A DNA stretch of 64,000 bases from the human T2T-CHM13v2.0 reference genome, Homo sapiens. The notes below the pieces were generated by a model. That model was not told the origin of the DNA, searched no databases, and saw only the letters and a list, made by a program, of their open reading frames with translations. Made by a program: the position numbers and the translations under genes. Shown here in pieces: positions 30,353-51,817 of the stretch (position 1 is the stretch's first letter; every line of letters begins with the position of its first letter). The stretch lies in assembly GCF_009914755.1 (NCBI RefSeq), contig NC_060925.1; one strand, given 5' to 3'.

Positions 30353-31141
30353 TCAATATTATATAAAAGGATAATACATGTTGACCAATACAAATTTGGA
30401 CCAATTCAAAACCAATGAATGTAATTTACCATATTAACAGATTTAAAAAGAAAAAAAACCCATCATTTCAATAGATGCATAAAAGCATTTGATAAAGTTC
30501 AATACCCATTCATGATAAAACAAACAAAAATACTCACAAACTCTCAGTAAACTAGGAATAGATGAAAACTTCCTTAACCTTATAGGGGACGTATACAAAA
30601 AACACATCTAACATCATACTTAAGTGAAAGACTGCAGGCTTTCTCCCTAAGACTGGAAACAAGGCAAAGAAGTCTGCTCTCACTGCTCTTATGAGCATAG
30701 TTCTGAAAGTTTTAGCCACTGTAGTAAGGCAATAAAAGAAAATTTAAAAGCATACAGATCAGAAAGGAAGAAGTAAAACTGTCCCTATTTACAGGTGATA
30801 TGATGGTCTATATAGAAAATTCCAAGTAATCTATTTTGAAAAACTCCTATAACTAGTAAGTGAGTTCAGCAAGGTTACAAAGTCAATATACAAAACTCAG
30901 TTCTATTTCTGTATACCAACAATGAACAATCAGAAATGCATTTTAAAAATATCATTTATAATAGCATCAAGAATATAGAATACTTAGGGGATATATTTGA
31001 CAAAAGATGTACAAGACCTATATGCTGAAAACTGCTGAAAGAAATTAAGGAAGACTTAAATAAATGAAGAGAAATGTTGTTTTCATGGATCAGAAGATTT
31101 GGTATTGTTATGGTGTGAATTCTTTCCAAACTGATCTATAG

Positions 31142-31509
<368 letters not shown>

Positions 31510-31940
31510 TGACATGCTGATTTTAAAATTTTATGGAAGTACAAACGTATTTATATGAAAATTTAAAATTCATATGGAATCGCTTTTTTAAATTCTGAAA
31601 AAGAAAAACAAAGTTGAGGAAGAACGTCTAGAAATAGGATCAAATATATATGATCAATTGATTTTTGATAAAGATGCTAAGGCAATTCAATAAGGGAAGT
31701 ATAATCTTTTCAACAAATCGGTGCTGGAACAATTGGTAGCCATATGTAAAAATTAAACCTCAACCCTTAACTCACATCATATATGAAAATTTACCTGAAA
31801 TGAATCATATATTTAAATGTAAGAGCTAGACCTGTAGAAAATGGTAGGAAATCTTAGTAACCTCAGCTTTGGGAGAGATTTATTAAATAGGAAACAAAAA
31901 TCATGATCTGTTAAAGAAGAAATTGATTAATTGGACTTCA

Positions 31941-32250
<310 letters not shown>

Positions 32251-32647
32251 CAAAGATTGTTTTTTAAAAGATAATGATAAGAAAATGACAACACAAGTCA
32301 CAGACTGAGAGAAAATATTTGCAGAACATCTATCTAACAAAGGACACATATCTAGAATTTTTTTTTAAAAAACCTCAACTCAATAAGAAAACAACCCAGT
32401 TTTTAAACACTGGCAAAAGATTTGAATTGATTCTACCCCAAAATATATATGCAGTTAGTAAATAAATACATGAAAAAATAAACATCCTTATTCATTAGAG
32501 AAATGCAAATTAAAACCAATGAGCTATAGGAAACACCAGTTAGAATTGCTAAAAGTAAAAAGACTGACCATACCAAGCATCATTGAGGCTGTCTAGCAAC
32601 TGGAGCTCTCATACACTGCTGGTGGGATTGTAAAATGGTTCAACCAT

Positions 32648-33457
<810 letters not shown>

Positions 33458-34464
33458 ACCAATTTGGAAAACAGCTTGGCATTTTCTTAAAAAATTAAAT
33501 ATTTTTAATTTTTAAAGAAAAATTAAATTACCTACATAAAATTTAAAAAACTACCTAAAAATACACCTACACCTATATGATCCAGCCAGTCCACTGCTAG
33601 GTACCCAAGATAAATGAAAGCCTGTGTCCATACAACTTGTACATGAAAGTTTATAGTACCTTTATTTGTAGTAGCCGTAACTGGAAGCATCCCAAATATC
33701 AAACAATAGGTGAATGGATAAACAAAGTGTGGTACAGTCATGTAGTGGAATATTACTCTGCAATAAAATGGAAAGAACTGTTGATAGACACAACAACATG
33801 GACTAATCTGAAAATAATTATACTGAATGAAAGAAGACAGACAAAAAGAGCACATGCTGTATGATTTCATCTATGTAAAATCTCAGTAAACTATAGAAAA
33901 CTTATCATGACACAAAACAGATTAGTGGTTGCCTGGAGAAGGTGGATAGAGAGGAAGGGATTACAAAAGTGCACAAGTAAATTTTCAGGAGTAATTCATC
34001 TGCTTATTATCTTGATTGTGGTCATGTTTTCATAGGTACACACTTTTGTTAAAATTCATCAAATTGTACAATTTAAAGATGTGCATTTAGCGTATGTCAT
34101 TATTTCTCAATAAAGTGATTTTACAAACACAAAATGAAAAGACAAGCCATAAATTGAAAAATATTTGTAACAAATATGACTGACAAAAAATTTATGTTTA
34201 GGACATATACAATCTCTTAAAAGTCAATAAGAAAATTCCATTCATATATGTACCTTCGAGAAACTCTTATAATAACAAATTATGTACATGAATAGATGCA
34301 TGGTTTTTGACAGCAAAAACCTGAAAATAACTCACATGTCCATTGTCAATAGAATAATTTGTGACATGATCACATGATGAAATACTTCACAGCAATACAA
34401 TTAGTTAACTATAGCTACACAGAACATCAGGTTGTATTTCAGTTGAGTTAAACGAAAGCAAGTT

Positions 34465-34759
34465 GGCTGGGCAAGGTGGCTCACCCCTGTAATCCCAGCA
34501 CTTTGGGAAGCCGAGGCAGGTGGATCATGAGGTCAGGAGTTCGAGACCAGCCTGGCCAATATGGTGAAACCCCGTCTCTACTAAAAATACAAAAGTTAGC
34601 CGGGTGTGGTGGCACACGCCTGTAGTCCCAGCTACTCAGCTACTCGGGAGGCTGAGGCAGAAGAGTCGCTTAAACCCGGGAGGTGGAGGTTTCAGTGAGC
34701 TGAGATCAAACATACTGCACTCACTCAACAGAGTGAGACTCCATCTCAAAAAAAAAAAA
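34465..34759 (+). mobile_element. Alu (AluS-like)
   Basis: Dimeric Alu with polyA. Confidence 0.9.
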
Positions 34760-35625
34760 TAGAGAAAGCCTTAGAATGATAAATACAGTACAATTCCACT
34801 TACTAAAAGTTCAAAAATACAAAATGATTACTACATAAAATAAAGAGAGTGATAAATATAAGGTAAAGATTGTGGTTGATGATGGTGGGGAGGGAAGACA
34901 GTGTAATCGGACAGGGATCTATGCAGTACTTCAAGGATAACAGTACTAGTCTGTTCCTTCAACCATATAAGGTTTCAAAAGTATACACTGCATTATTTTT
35001 TACACCTTCACATTTTTAATAAATATTTTTATCTACTCAATTAAAAATAAAGAAGAGATAAGCATTAGTCCACTAGTGACAAGCCAGGAATGGCAAAGGA
35101 GGGCATCCACCACCTAACTGGTCTTGGGATGGGATGAGAGCTGGGATTTGTCCCATCTCCCCGTGAGTATTCTGAGGTGATCCTGATGGAGGAACTTACT
35201 CAATAAACCGAATCTCAGTCTCCATGAACAAACAGCAGACCCAATGTTGCTTTTTCCTCGCAGTGAATCACATCTATTCTAAATAGTTCATTGATTAAGC
35301 TTCAAGCGAGTAAATTTTCCCAGCAGCTTAATGGAAATTTCAGTGTAAAGAACTTGATAGCTTCACCCCAAATCTTCAGAAGGCCCCTTGCCTTCCATAT
35401 TGACAGTGGGGTCCTGCAAGGATTGCTGCAGATGGTATAGGGGAGGGTCTCTATCCAGGTAAGATGCTATGGTAAGGACAGTAAAGGAGAAAGGGTGACA
35501 TAAGAAGAGAAAGATATCATGATTTGTTTAGAAGCCCCTTAGCCTCTGCCTAACCCTGAGGGTCTATGTTTTATGTAGTTTTAGGAGTGGCGATGCATCT
35601 AAACACATTTTATTTGTTTAATTCG

Positions 35626-35911
<286 letters not shown>

Positions 35912-36226
35912 CTAGGCTTTTCTTCCTCTTCTGAGGCTTCACATCACATCAGCTGCAAGGCTTACTGCCTCACTGCCTTCCCCAGCACCCATATTCAACC
36001 ACCCCTGGACTCCCTGGGGCCACCTGCACAGAAGCGTATGCCTCTCGATAATGGAAATTTTATTCTAAATGCTTATTTTAGACTCAGAAAGATCCACTCT
36101 CTTATGCCCGTGTGGTTGATATGTCTGCTCTGACCTGTGGTTTTTGCACAGTTGAAGGGTCATACTGTCCCTCTCTCTGCCTTCAAGGAGGACCAAACTA
36201 CCTTCCCCCATTTCTCTCTCTCTCTC

Positions 36227-36540
36227 TTTTTTTTTTTTTTTTTTGTGAGATGGAGTCTCGCTCTGTCACCCACACTAGAGTGCAGTGGTGCAATCTTGGC
36301 TCACTGCAACTTCTGCCTCCTGGGTTCAAATGATACTCATGCCTCAGCCTCTGAAGTAACTGGGACTACAGCCATGCACCACCATGCCCATCTAATTTTT
36401 TTTTTTTTTTTTCAGTAGAGATGGAGTTTCACCATACTGGCCAGGCTGGTCTTGAACTCCTGACCTCCAGTCCAGTGATCCGCCCACCCTGGCCTCCCAA
36501 AGTGCTGGGATTACAGAGGCATGAGCCACAGTGCCTGGCC
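36227..36540 (-). mobile_element. Alu
   Basis: Antisense dimer. Confidence 0.9.
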
Positions 36541-37014
36541 TACCTTACCCCATTTCTGATGGCTCATTTCATCTCCAAATAACCTACTGGAGGCCTGGTG
36601 GGTGTTATGATGACAGAAAGGGGAGGAATGTGGCCACTGTGAAAAGACACATGGGCCCTACCATTAAGTAGGCCTCAAACAAATAGCAAACATTCAGAGG
36701 CAGGGACAATGGTTCCCAGGAGGCCATCTGGAACGGAAGGGAGAGGCTGTAGCCTCTATATTGCTCCTATTCCTGAGTCTCCTCAGGTTTCTCAAGATAT
36801 CGGATGCCTCCTATCTCTAATTTCCTCAGGATCAGTGGCCTGAGCTTTGGCTATGAGCCTAAGCCCTGAGCTGACTGCTGGATCCTCTGGGAATAGATTT
36901 TCTTTTTCCTCTACTCTTTCCCAGTGGACTCTCCCTGCCTTGTACTCATATTTCCACTGAGACTGAGCAGACTTAGTCATGCTCCAGAAATAGAGAGCTG
37001 ACACGAGTCTAGAG

Positions 37015-37032
37015 AAATTTGCATGCAAATTT
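37015..37032. promoter_or_regulatory. Palindromic double octamer upstream of FCRLA
   Basis: AAATTTGCATGCAAATTT is a perfect 18-bp palindrome containing ATTTGCAT (37017-37024) and ATGCAAAT (37023-37030). Confidence 0.65.
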
Positions 37033-37461
37033 GTGTGGGCTTTGGATAGTCAGAGCCTACTAGAGACTAATCTGATATCTAACTTGGTGCCATGACTAAT
37101 CTTCCTTCTCTGTCTCGCTACCTTCTAGTCACTAGAAACATATAAGTGTTGGAATGGGCAGGACATTTGAATTCTCATCATTGATTCTCCAGTGATTTTC
37201 TATTGGCCTTCAAACAACATCCCACCTTCTGTCCCCAGTTGCATCACCAGTGAAAAGGGTGGTTGTTGCACTGACCTTTCCCAGAGTGTACATGAAGGCC
37301 AGCTGGCTATCAGACAATGACATGCTTTGACAGGCCCCTGAGCTCTGTGAGTAAATTCTTGAACAGCTGAGAGTGCTACCATTTTGTCATAGCCCTAAGG
37401 GTGCAGATGATGCTGAAAGCGTGTTGGCCAAATCTGAACGATGAAAGCCAATTACAAACTA

Positions 37462-37521
37462 GAAAATGAAAACAGACCCCAGATGCAAGGAGATGAGACA
37501 GTTAGATTTACTTCCTCTTTT
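37462..37521. promoter_or_regulatory. FCRLA proximal promoter motifs: ISRE-like element, E-box and PU.1/SPI-B site
   Basis: GAAAATGAAA at 37462-37471, CAGATG at 37480-37485, and AAAAGAGGAAGTA on the minus strand at 37509-37521, all just upstream of the start codons. Confidence 0.5.
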
Positions 37522-37589
37522 CTAATCTGAGAGGTTTCATGTTGAAGAAAATCAGTGTTGGGGTTGCAGGAGACCTAAACACAGTCACC

Positions 37590-43704
<6,115 letters not shown>

Positions 43705-43742
43705 AAGTAAACAGTTCATCCATGATCTCACTTAACCACCCC

Positions 43743-43748
43743 AATAAA
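43743..43748 (+). terminator. Proximal FCRLA polyA signal candidate (others at 43848-43853 and 44651-44656)
   Basis: AATAAA hexamers downstream of the stop codon. Confidence 0.5.
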
Positions 43749-44001
43749 TCTGATTCTTTATTTTCTCTTCCTGTCCTGCACATATGCATAAGTACTTTTA
43801 CAAGTTGTCCCAGTGTTTTGTTAGAATAATGTAGTTAGGTGAGTGTAAATAAATTTATATAAAGTGAGAATTAGAGTTTAGCTATAATTGTGTATTCTCT
43901 CTTAACACAACAGAATTCTGCTGTCTAGATCAGGAATTTCTATCTGTTATATCGACCAGAATGTTGTGATTTAAAGAGAACTAATGGAAGTGGATTGAAT
44001 A

Positions 44002-44235
44002 CAGCAGTCTCAACTGGGGGCAATTTTGCCCCCCAGAGGACATTGGGCAATGTTTGGAGACATTTTGGTCATTATACTTGGGGGGTTGGGGGATGGTGGG
44101 ATGTGTGTGCTACTGGCATCCAGTAAATAGAAGCCAGGGGTGCCGCTAAACATCCTATAATGCACAGGGCAGTACCCCACAACGAAAAATAATCTGGCCC
44201 AAAATGTCAGTTGTACTGAGTTTGAGAAACCCCAG
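44002..44235 (+). mobile_element. MER20 (hAT-Charlie) DNA transposon downstream of the FCRLA stop
   Basis: tctcaactgggggcaattttgccccccag...gctaaacatcctataatgcacagg...ttgagaaaccc, characteristic of MER20. Confidence 0.8.
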
Positions 44236-44346
44236 CCTAATGAAACCCTAGGTGTTGGGCTCTGGAATGGGACTTTGTCCCTTCTAATTATTATCTCTTT
44301 CCAGCCTCATTCAGCTATTCTTACTGACATACCAGTCTTTAGCTGG

Positions 44347-44720
44347 TGCTATGGTCTGTTCTTTAGTTCTAGTTTGTATCCCCTCAAAAGCCATTATGTT
44401 GAAATCCTAATCCCCAAGGTGATGGCATTAAGAAGTGGGCCTTTGGGAAGTGATTAGATCAGGAGTGCAGAGCCCTCATGATTAGGATTAGTGCCCTTAT
44501 TTAAAAAGGCCCCAGAGAGCTAACTCACCCTTCCACCATATGAGGACGTGGCAAGAAGATGACATGTATGAGAACCAAAAAACAGCTGTCGCCAAACACC
44601 GACTCTGTCGTTGCCTTGATCTTGAACTTCCAGCCTCCAGAACTATGAGAAATAAAATTCTGTTGTTTGTAAGCTATTCAGTTTGTGTATTTTGTTATAG
44701 TAGCCCAAATGGACTAGGCA
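44347..44720 (+). mobile_element. MLT1A-type MaLR solo LTR
   Basis: tgctatgg...gactaggca termini; 5-bp flanks gctgg/gttgg; internal AATAAA at 44651. Confidence 0.82.
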
Positions 44721-46294
44721 GTTGGCCTCTGCCACATGACTGAGTTTATGATATGTTAAAAATACTCATAAAACAGTGTCTTTGTCTACAGAGGGCTTAC
44801 ACTGTGGGATAGAAGGGAATAGTACCCCATCCTATAACACAATTAAAGCAGGGTATATAAAAATTTCCCACAGGATCCTACTGGGCTCAGAAATAAGTGA
44901 CCGAGTATAATGTTGCCAGAGTTGCAGATATTTGTTTTTAATTCATCGGTCTCTGAAATCTTTCTCTTTAATAACACATAATGACTCCGTTTTAGTCTCA
45001 TATTAATACTTTTTTCTATGCTTGGACTTCTATTGTACATTCTCAGCCAATGAGAGCTGGCCTGGCAGGCTCTATAATAACCTTAACTCAATCAGTTAGC
45101 ACATCATTTTATCATGACCTCAGCCAGTGGCTGTTCTACCATGTTATTCTGAATGACATGGTGTGATTTTCTCCACTGTGGCCTTTCTTTGTGCCATTTA
45201 TTCCGTGCAGTTTTGACCCAAAATGATTTACAAGAGACATGCACATGATCATTCTAGACATACCACAAAGAAACAAAGACATAGAATCATGCCGATGGTA
45301 AAATGAGAGTTTTATGGTAGTTCTTGCCACCTTCGAGGGAAAAAAAAAAAAGATCAGGAGGCATCTGGGAATTGGTAGAAGTCTGTAAACAACACTACAG
45401 CCTGAGAGGACTGATTTACAATTCTGTGAATGGGAGTTGCAAGAATGACCAGAACTGTCATGACTTTGATGGACTTGAAAAAATGGAAGCTCAGTTGCCA
45501 ATGTACCATGGTGGATGTGTCTCCAAAGATACTATGTTATAACCACTCTACATGGAGTTGATTTCAGCTAATGCTCGCATTTGCATGAATGCATCCTGCA
45601 AGCTCCTGCTAAATGGGGAATTCATTTACAGATAGTAGAAGCTATCAGAGATCTGGGAAAGAAAAGATGGATGCAGCTGGCTGAGATAAATGTAATCTCT
45701 GTACACCTCATCCATGTGTATCTGTGCACCTCTATCACCACACTGCATTTTAATTTTTTATTACTCATTTTTATTCACCAGAGGGTGAGGTCTTTGAGAA
45801 TACTCCTGAGCTCTTTGTTCCATGTTGTGTCATTGATGTCTAGTATAATGAGGCATATGTAAGTTCTCAGTAAATTTTGTTTAGTTGAATCGAGTTGGGC
45901 CAGCAAAATAAGGGAAAACATCTTGAAGAGGATGGGAATGAAGCTGGACCTTAAAGGATGAATGTCATGTCTGGCATCAGCTAAATCTCCAGACTCTATC
46001 CAGGGGACCCAGCCTCAGTCAAGGACTTAGAAACCTCAGGGAGAGGATCTATCAACAGGGATGAGGAAGGCAAGAACAGAGCTAAAAGAATGAGAGAGAG
46101 AGATAGGGAGAGCAAGCATTTACCTGTCTCTTTCTGTCTAGCCTGGGGAGGTTGGAGAGGGAGTAGGGAAGAGGAATCGTTACAATGGATCTGGTTTATG
46201 GCTTGTGCCATTTAGGATTCTGTAATTGACAGAGGTCCCAATGCAGCTATGCTCAACATTGTCTCTGAAATAAACATTAGATAGCAAGCACATG

Positions 46295-47157
46295 AAAGGA
46301 AAACTGTTCTCCGCTCACAATACCTCTGACATGAAACATATGGATTCCCATACCAAGTTTTTATCTGCTTCTCAGTGGAAACCAACTAGATGTTCTACAA
46401 TTTATCGATTCTGGCTCCAACTACCCAGAGTTAGCACAGACCCCATAGGTTAAGGGGTCAGTCCCACATGACTGCTCTCACTTCAAAAGCCAATTGCAAA
46501 TCCCAGGCTTCTGGTACTTGACACCGACCAGCTATAAGTCAGAGGTTCTCACAACTCCTTGGGTTCAATAATTTGCTAGAATGGCTCACAAAACTTGGGA
46601 AAACAGTTTACTTAACAGCCAATGACGATATACATAGGGCAAGGTATGTGGGAAGAGGTGCAGAGTTTGCACGCTCTCTGGGTGTGCCACCCTCCAGCTT
46701 CTCCGTGTGTTCACTGATCTGGAAGCCCTTAGAACTCCACCATTTAGGGTTTTTAATGAAGGCTTCATTACACAGGCATGATTGATTAAATCATTGGCAA
46801 TTGGTGATTCACTCAAACTCCAGCCCTTTTCTCCTCCAGGAGGTCAAGGTGAGTTTTCCACACCAAGCAATTCTCTAATTCTCAGCAGAAACCAGTTAGA
46901 TGTTGTGTAATTTACCAATTCTTACTCTAACTACCCAGAGTTAGCACAGACCCCTGAAAGTTCCAACCCTCTAATTGCAGAGTTAAGAGTCACCTTATTA
47001 GCATAAACTCAGGCATGATTGAAGGGGCTAATTATACATAACAAGAAATACTCATCTCATCCCTATCACTCAGGAAATCCCCAGGATTTTGGTAGCTCTC
47101 TGCCAAAGAGCTACCCAAAGGGGCAGAGAAAAGTACATATTTCTTATTGTGTTACAC
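46295..47157. mobile_element. MER21-like LTR element with an internal duplication of about 100 bp
   Basis: gttagcacagacccca..ggttaagggg.tcagtccca and ctgaaagttccaaccctctaat motifs typical of MER21. Confidence 0.65.
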
Positions 47158-48422
47158 ACGTCCATTATCTTGTAAGTTGAACAGTGCATCTGCATACTCT
47201 GTAACCCAGAACCCCATGCCTAGGTGGATGCGCCCAAGAGAAAACTTAGCATATGCACGCCAGAAGACAGGTGTGATAACGTTTACAGTAACAAAGCTTG
47301 TAAAAGCAAAATTTGGTACTGAAATGCCTTTCTTTTATTGAAAAGAAGTCAGTGCAGATGTCCACCAACAGGAAAATGAGTAAATTACCATGTTAATTTG
47401 TTTCAAACCATATTAAACACCAAACTCTATATAAATAGGATGTTGTACTACCAGCTATGCACTTGGAAGTGGGGATGATGATGAACAAGACAGGAACTCA
47501 GGGAATAGATCGCTCACTGGGGACTGGAGTGTTCAGGTGCATCTCATGAAGAAGATAATACATGGGTGGGGCCTTGAAAAACATGACAGATCTACAGAAC
47601 AGGAGAAGAGAGGAAAGGACGTTCCAGAGTGGGATGATGTAAGCAAGGGCATAAAGGGGAAAACTGGCATGCAGATGTCAGGGAAAAAGAAGGCAAATCC
47701 TTTGAAACAGAGTTCAGCGGAAGGAAATAATAATGGAGAAGTAAATAGACTACAGAGGCTCTTAAATGTGCTATAGAGGCTCTTTAAATGTCCATAAGAA
47801 AATTGATCGAATTCTGTAGGTAAATTTTGAGTAAAGGAGGAACTCGTGAAAAGTGATGTTTAGGATGATTATTCTGGCACTCTGGTATAAGGTGAATGGG
47901 GCGACTAGAAGAGAGGTTGAGGGAGGTGGATTTGAAGGCTGTTGTTCTCATCCAGCCTTCTGAGACAAGGGCCTTGGCTAGGGACAGGAGGAATAGAGAG
48001 TAATGATCTGAGAGGTGTTAACAGGTCTGGGTGATCAGATATGGAGTAGCATTGCACCTCCCAAACACAAAGCTCTCTGTACCCAGCCCAGTAGCCCAAG
48101 GTAGAAAAACTTGGTTCAGTTACAACTTAGAAGAGACTAGGGAAGGGATAAAATGACCTGCTAGAATCATAGGAGGAAGTTTAAGGAGGGTGTGTTGGGA
48201 TAGGCCTCACCCTAGTCCTGTCTTCTTAAAAGTTTTCTTCCCTCTTGGTATCAACCTTCTCCCTTCCCACTGGACAAGAGGAGATGTGGAGAAATACGGA
48301 GAGTTACAGCACAGCCTTCCTGCCAGAGTTCCTTCAGACAGGCACTGTTAGTTTTCATTAACTATGTGTGAATTTCTCATAAAGCTAAAGACATTCAATG
48401 TAAAGAAATACTCTGCTCTCTA

Positions 48423-48892
<470 letters not shown>

Positions 48893-50022
48893 TTAGGAAA
48901 AGAAAAATTTGTTTGATAAAATTACAAAGGTAAGAAACACTGAATATTGATGACAAGAGGGAATGGGAGCCACGTGAATTGCTGGTGGGTGTATAAGCTT
49001 CTGCAGCCACTTTTGAGAGTAATATCACGGTATTCAATCTCTTCCTTTGTTTATGCCACAAATACTTACACAGCACGTGCTATGTGCTGTCACTGCTGTA
49101 GGTGATACATCAGCAAAAAAGAAAAAATTCCTGCCTCAATGGAGCTTACATTCTAATGGGGGAACCTACCACAAACAAACAAATACAATTCCGGGTGGTG
49201 ACAAGTACATTGAAGAGAAATAAAGCAAAATATGGAGCCAGCAAATGACAGTGAGGAGATACTATTTTAGATAGCACGGTTAGCGACCATCTCTCTGAGG
49301 AAGTAATATTTGAGTGAAGTGAGGAAGTGAAACTTACAAAAATCTGGGAGGAGAATAAGAATCTTTCAGGCAGAAAGAACAGCAAGTGAGGCCCTGGAGC
49401 AAGACTAAGCATGGAATGTTCCAGCAACTGTTCTAAACACAATGTGGCTAGATCAGAGTGAGTGAGGGGGAGAGTTGTAGGAAATGAGGCCAAGGGTCAG
49501 AGAAAGGCCCGATTTGTAGGGCCCTGTAGACCATGGGAAGGTGTTTGGAACTTATTCTGAGGGTACCTATGGGGAATTTTGAGAGAAAGTAACACAATAT
49601 GGTTAACATTTTAAAAGTATCTCTCTAGCGACTCAGTGAATAAATTACTGTACAAAAAGATCAATGTAGCAGGTAGAGTCATCAGGACTTGCTGATGAAT
49701 TAGATTTGAGTTTTGGAATGAGTGTGCATGTAACTCATGAACATAATTCTGCAGTCTTGCTCTCAGGTGTGTATCCCATAAAGGCGCTTCAGGGCTCTGT
49801 AGGGAAGCATCATGTCCTTACCAGTACTAACTTACATGAAACTTCCTATGTGCCAACCCCTGTTCTAAGCCCTTTACATATGTTAATTCATCCAGCCCTC
49901 ACAATATGTACCAAGAAGTCCATTGTGGAATTGTCTGTGGTAGCTGAGGGTGGGCAGCAACTAGGATGTTAGGGGAATGGACAAGTGCAGTGTAGCAGAA
50001 GCATAGAATATTAGGGCAGTCA

Positions 50023-50319
<297 letters not shown>

Positions 50320-50486
50320 TTAGGGCAGTCAAAAGCAATAAACATGATGCATGTAGAGCAATCTGAACAAATTTGAAACATCTGGGATTAATTTTTAAAA
50401 GTAGAAGTGAATATAATATCTAGAACACAATGCCACTTATGTAAATTAACAACACTAAATATTTCTCAAAGCTAAAAACTGCATGT

Positions 50487-50604
50487 TATACCTAATGTAA
50501 ATGACGAGTTAATGGGTGCAGCACACCAACATGGCACATGTATACATATGTAACAAACCTGCACGTTGTGCACATGTACCCTAGAACTTAAAGCACAAAA
50601 AAAA
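50487..50604 (+). mobile_element. Very short 5'-truncated L1PA (PA4/5-like) 3' end
   Basis: tacctaatgtaaatgacgagttaatgggtgcagcacaccaacatggc...ctagaacttaaag plus A tail; flanks aaaaactgcatgt/aaaaatagcatgt. Confidence 0.85.
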
Positions 50605-51801
50605 ATAGCATGTATATGGGAACACACAGTAAACATTTTACAGTGGGTGCTTATGTGGAGGGGAGGAGGACAATAATGTGGGTGAAAGTCAACAAGGTAA
50701 GACAATAAGAGGGGGAACTTGCAAAGACCAATAATGACAGCCGGCCATGAGCAGCATCTTGAATCCCTGACAATCAGAGAGATAAGAGAACAGATTTTGG
50801 AGACAGACTTCTATTCAAATCCCAGTTTCATCATCTCAGTTTCCTCATATGCAAAATTGGGATATTAATAATTCTTCCTCAAAGGGCCTTACAAGAATTA
50901 AGTGCAGTAATATCTGTGAAGCACTTAGCATAGTGCCTGCCACATGCCGAGACACTAAAGTGAGCTGTCATCAGCAACAACAGCATTAGTTCATTACTGT
51001 AATTATCACTGAGAACACTTTATCACCAGAATGCTTATCAAATGGTGACATATATTGTCCAGATGTTATGTTGTGATAGGCCTCAAATAATTGCTCAAGT
51101 TACAAATGATAATTTCTAAATTTTTCTGCATTGTAAAGGAGTGAAGAATTAGAAATTCTGGGGAAAAGTCCTAGATGGAGTAAAAAGACTCACTTTGGGA
51201 AAAACTTAGAGGAGAGCCTAGAATAAATAAATATTTCGTGGGAAATTTTTCAAGTCAAATTCTGAGCACTGTATAATATGAACAGTATGGATGGTTCCAG
51301 AGGTTTCTAGGGAAGACTATACAGTTCACAAAGTTTTGGTGTACTAAGGTTTCTTCTGAATCGAGTAAAGGGGCTGAGATCTGTGCTCTGGGGGATGAGA
51401 AGCCAAAATAGAGCCAGCTTGTGTTGCCTAAGAGGACAGCTGACAACTGCATTGCATTCTTACCATTGAGGTGGTGGCTTGGTGCAGAAGTCAGACCTCT
51501 GTGGCAGGCTGTGGATCATGTGGGAAGCCACACACTGGCCCTGAGACGAGGAATTATTAGGATGGAGGGGAAGCACAAGAGTGCTGGTCAGCCCAGGCAC
51601 TCCTAAAGCAGGCAGGTGATCATCCCTGTTCCCAGTAATTAGTTCTTCTCTGCCTCCCCTACTCTTGGGCACATTGTCAAATATGTCCCTACTTTGTTTG
51701 AAATCTACAGGACTCTATCTCTTTTATCAAAACCTGCACTCAAAACATGATCTGAAGTGACCAGCATAATTTAAATGACCAGTCACATTTTCCTAAGAGG
51801 C

Positions 51802-51817
51802 ATTTGCATTTTTAAAA
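51802..51817 (+). promoter_or_regulatory. Octamer plus TATA-like element, candidate FCRLB promoter
   Basis: ATTTGCAT at 51802-51809 followed by TTTTAAAA; strong donor CAG|GTAAGG at 51984/51985; the ATG-containing exon has an upstream acceptor at 52974-52975. Confidence 0.5.
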
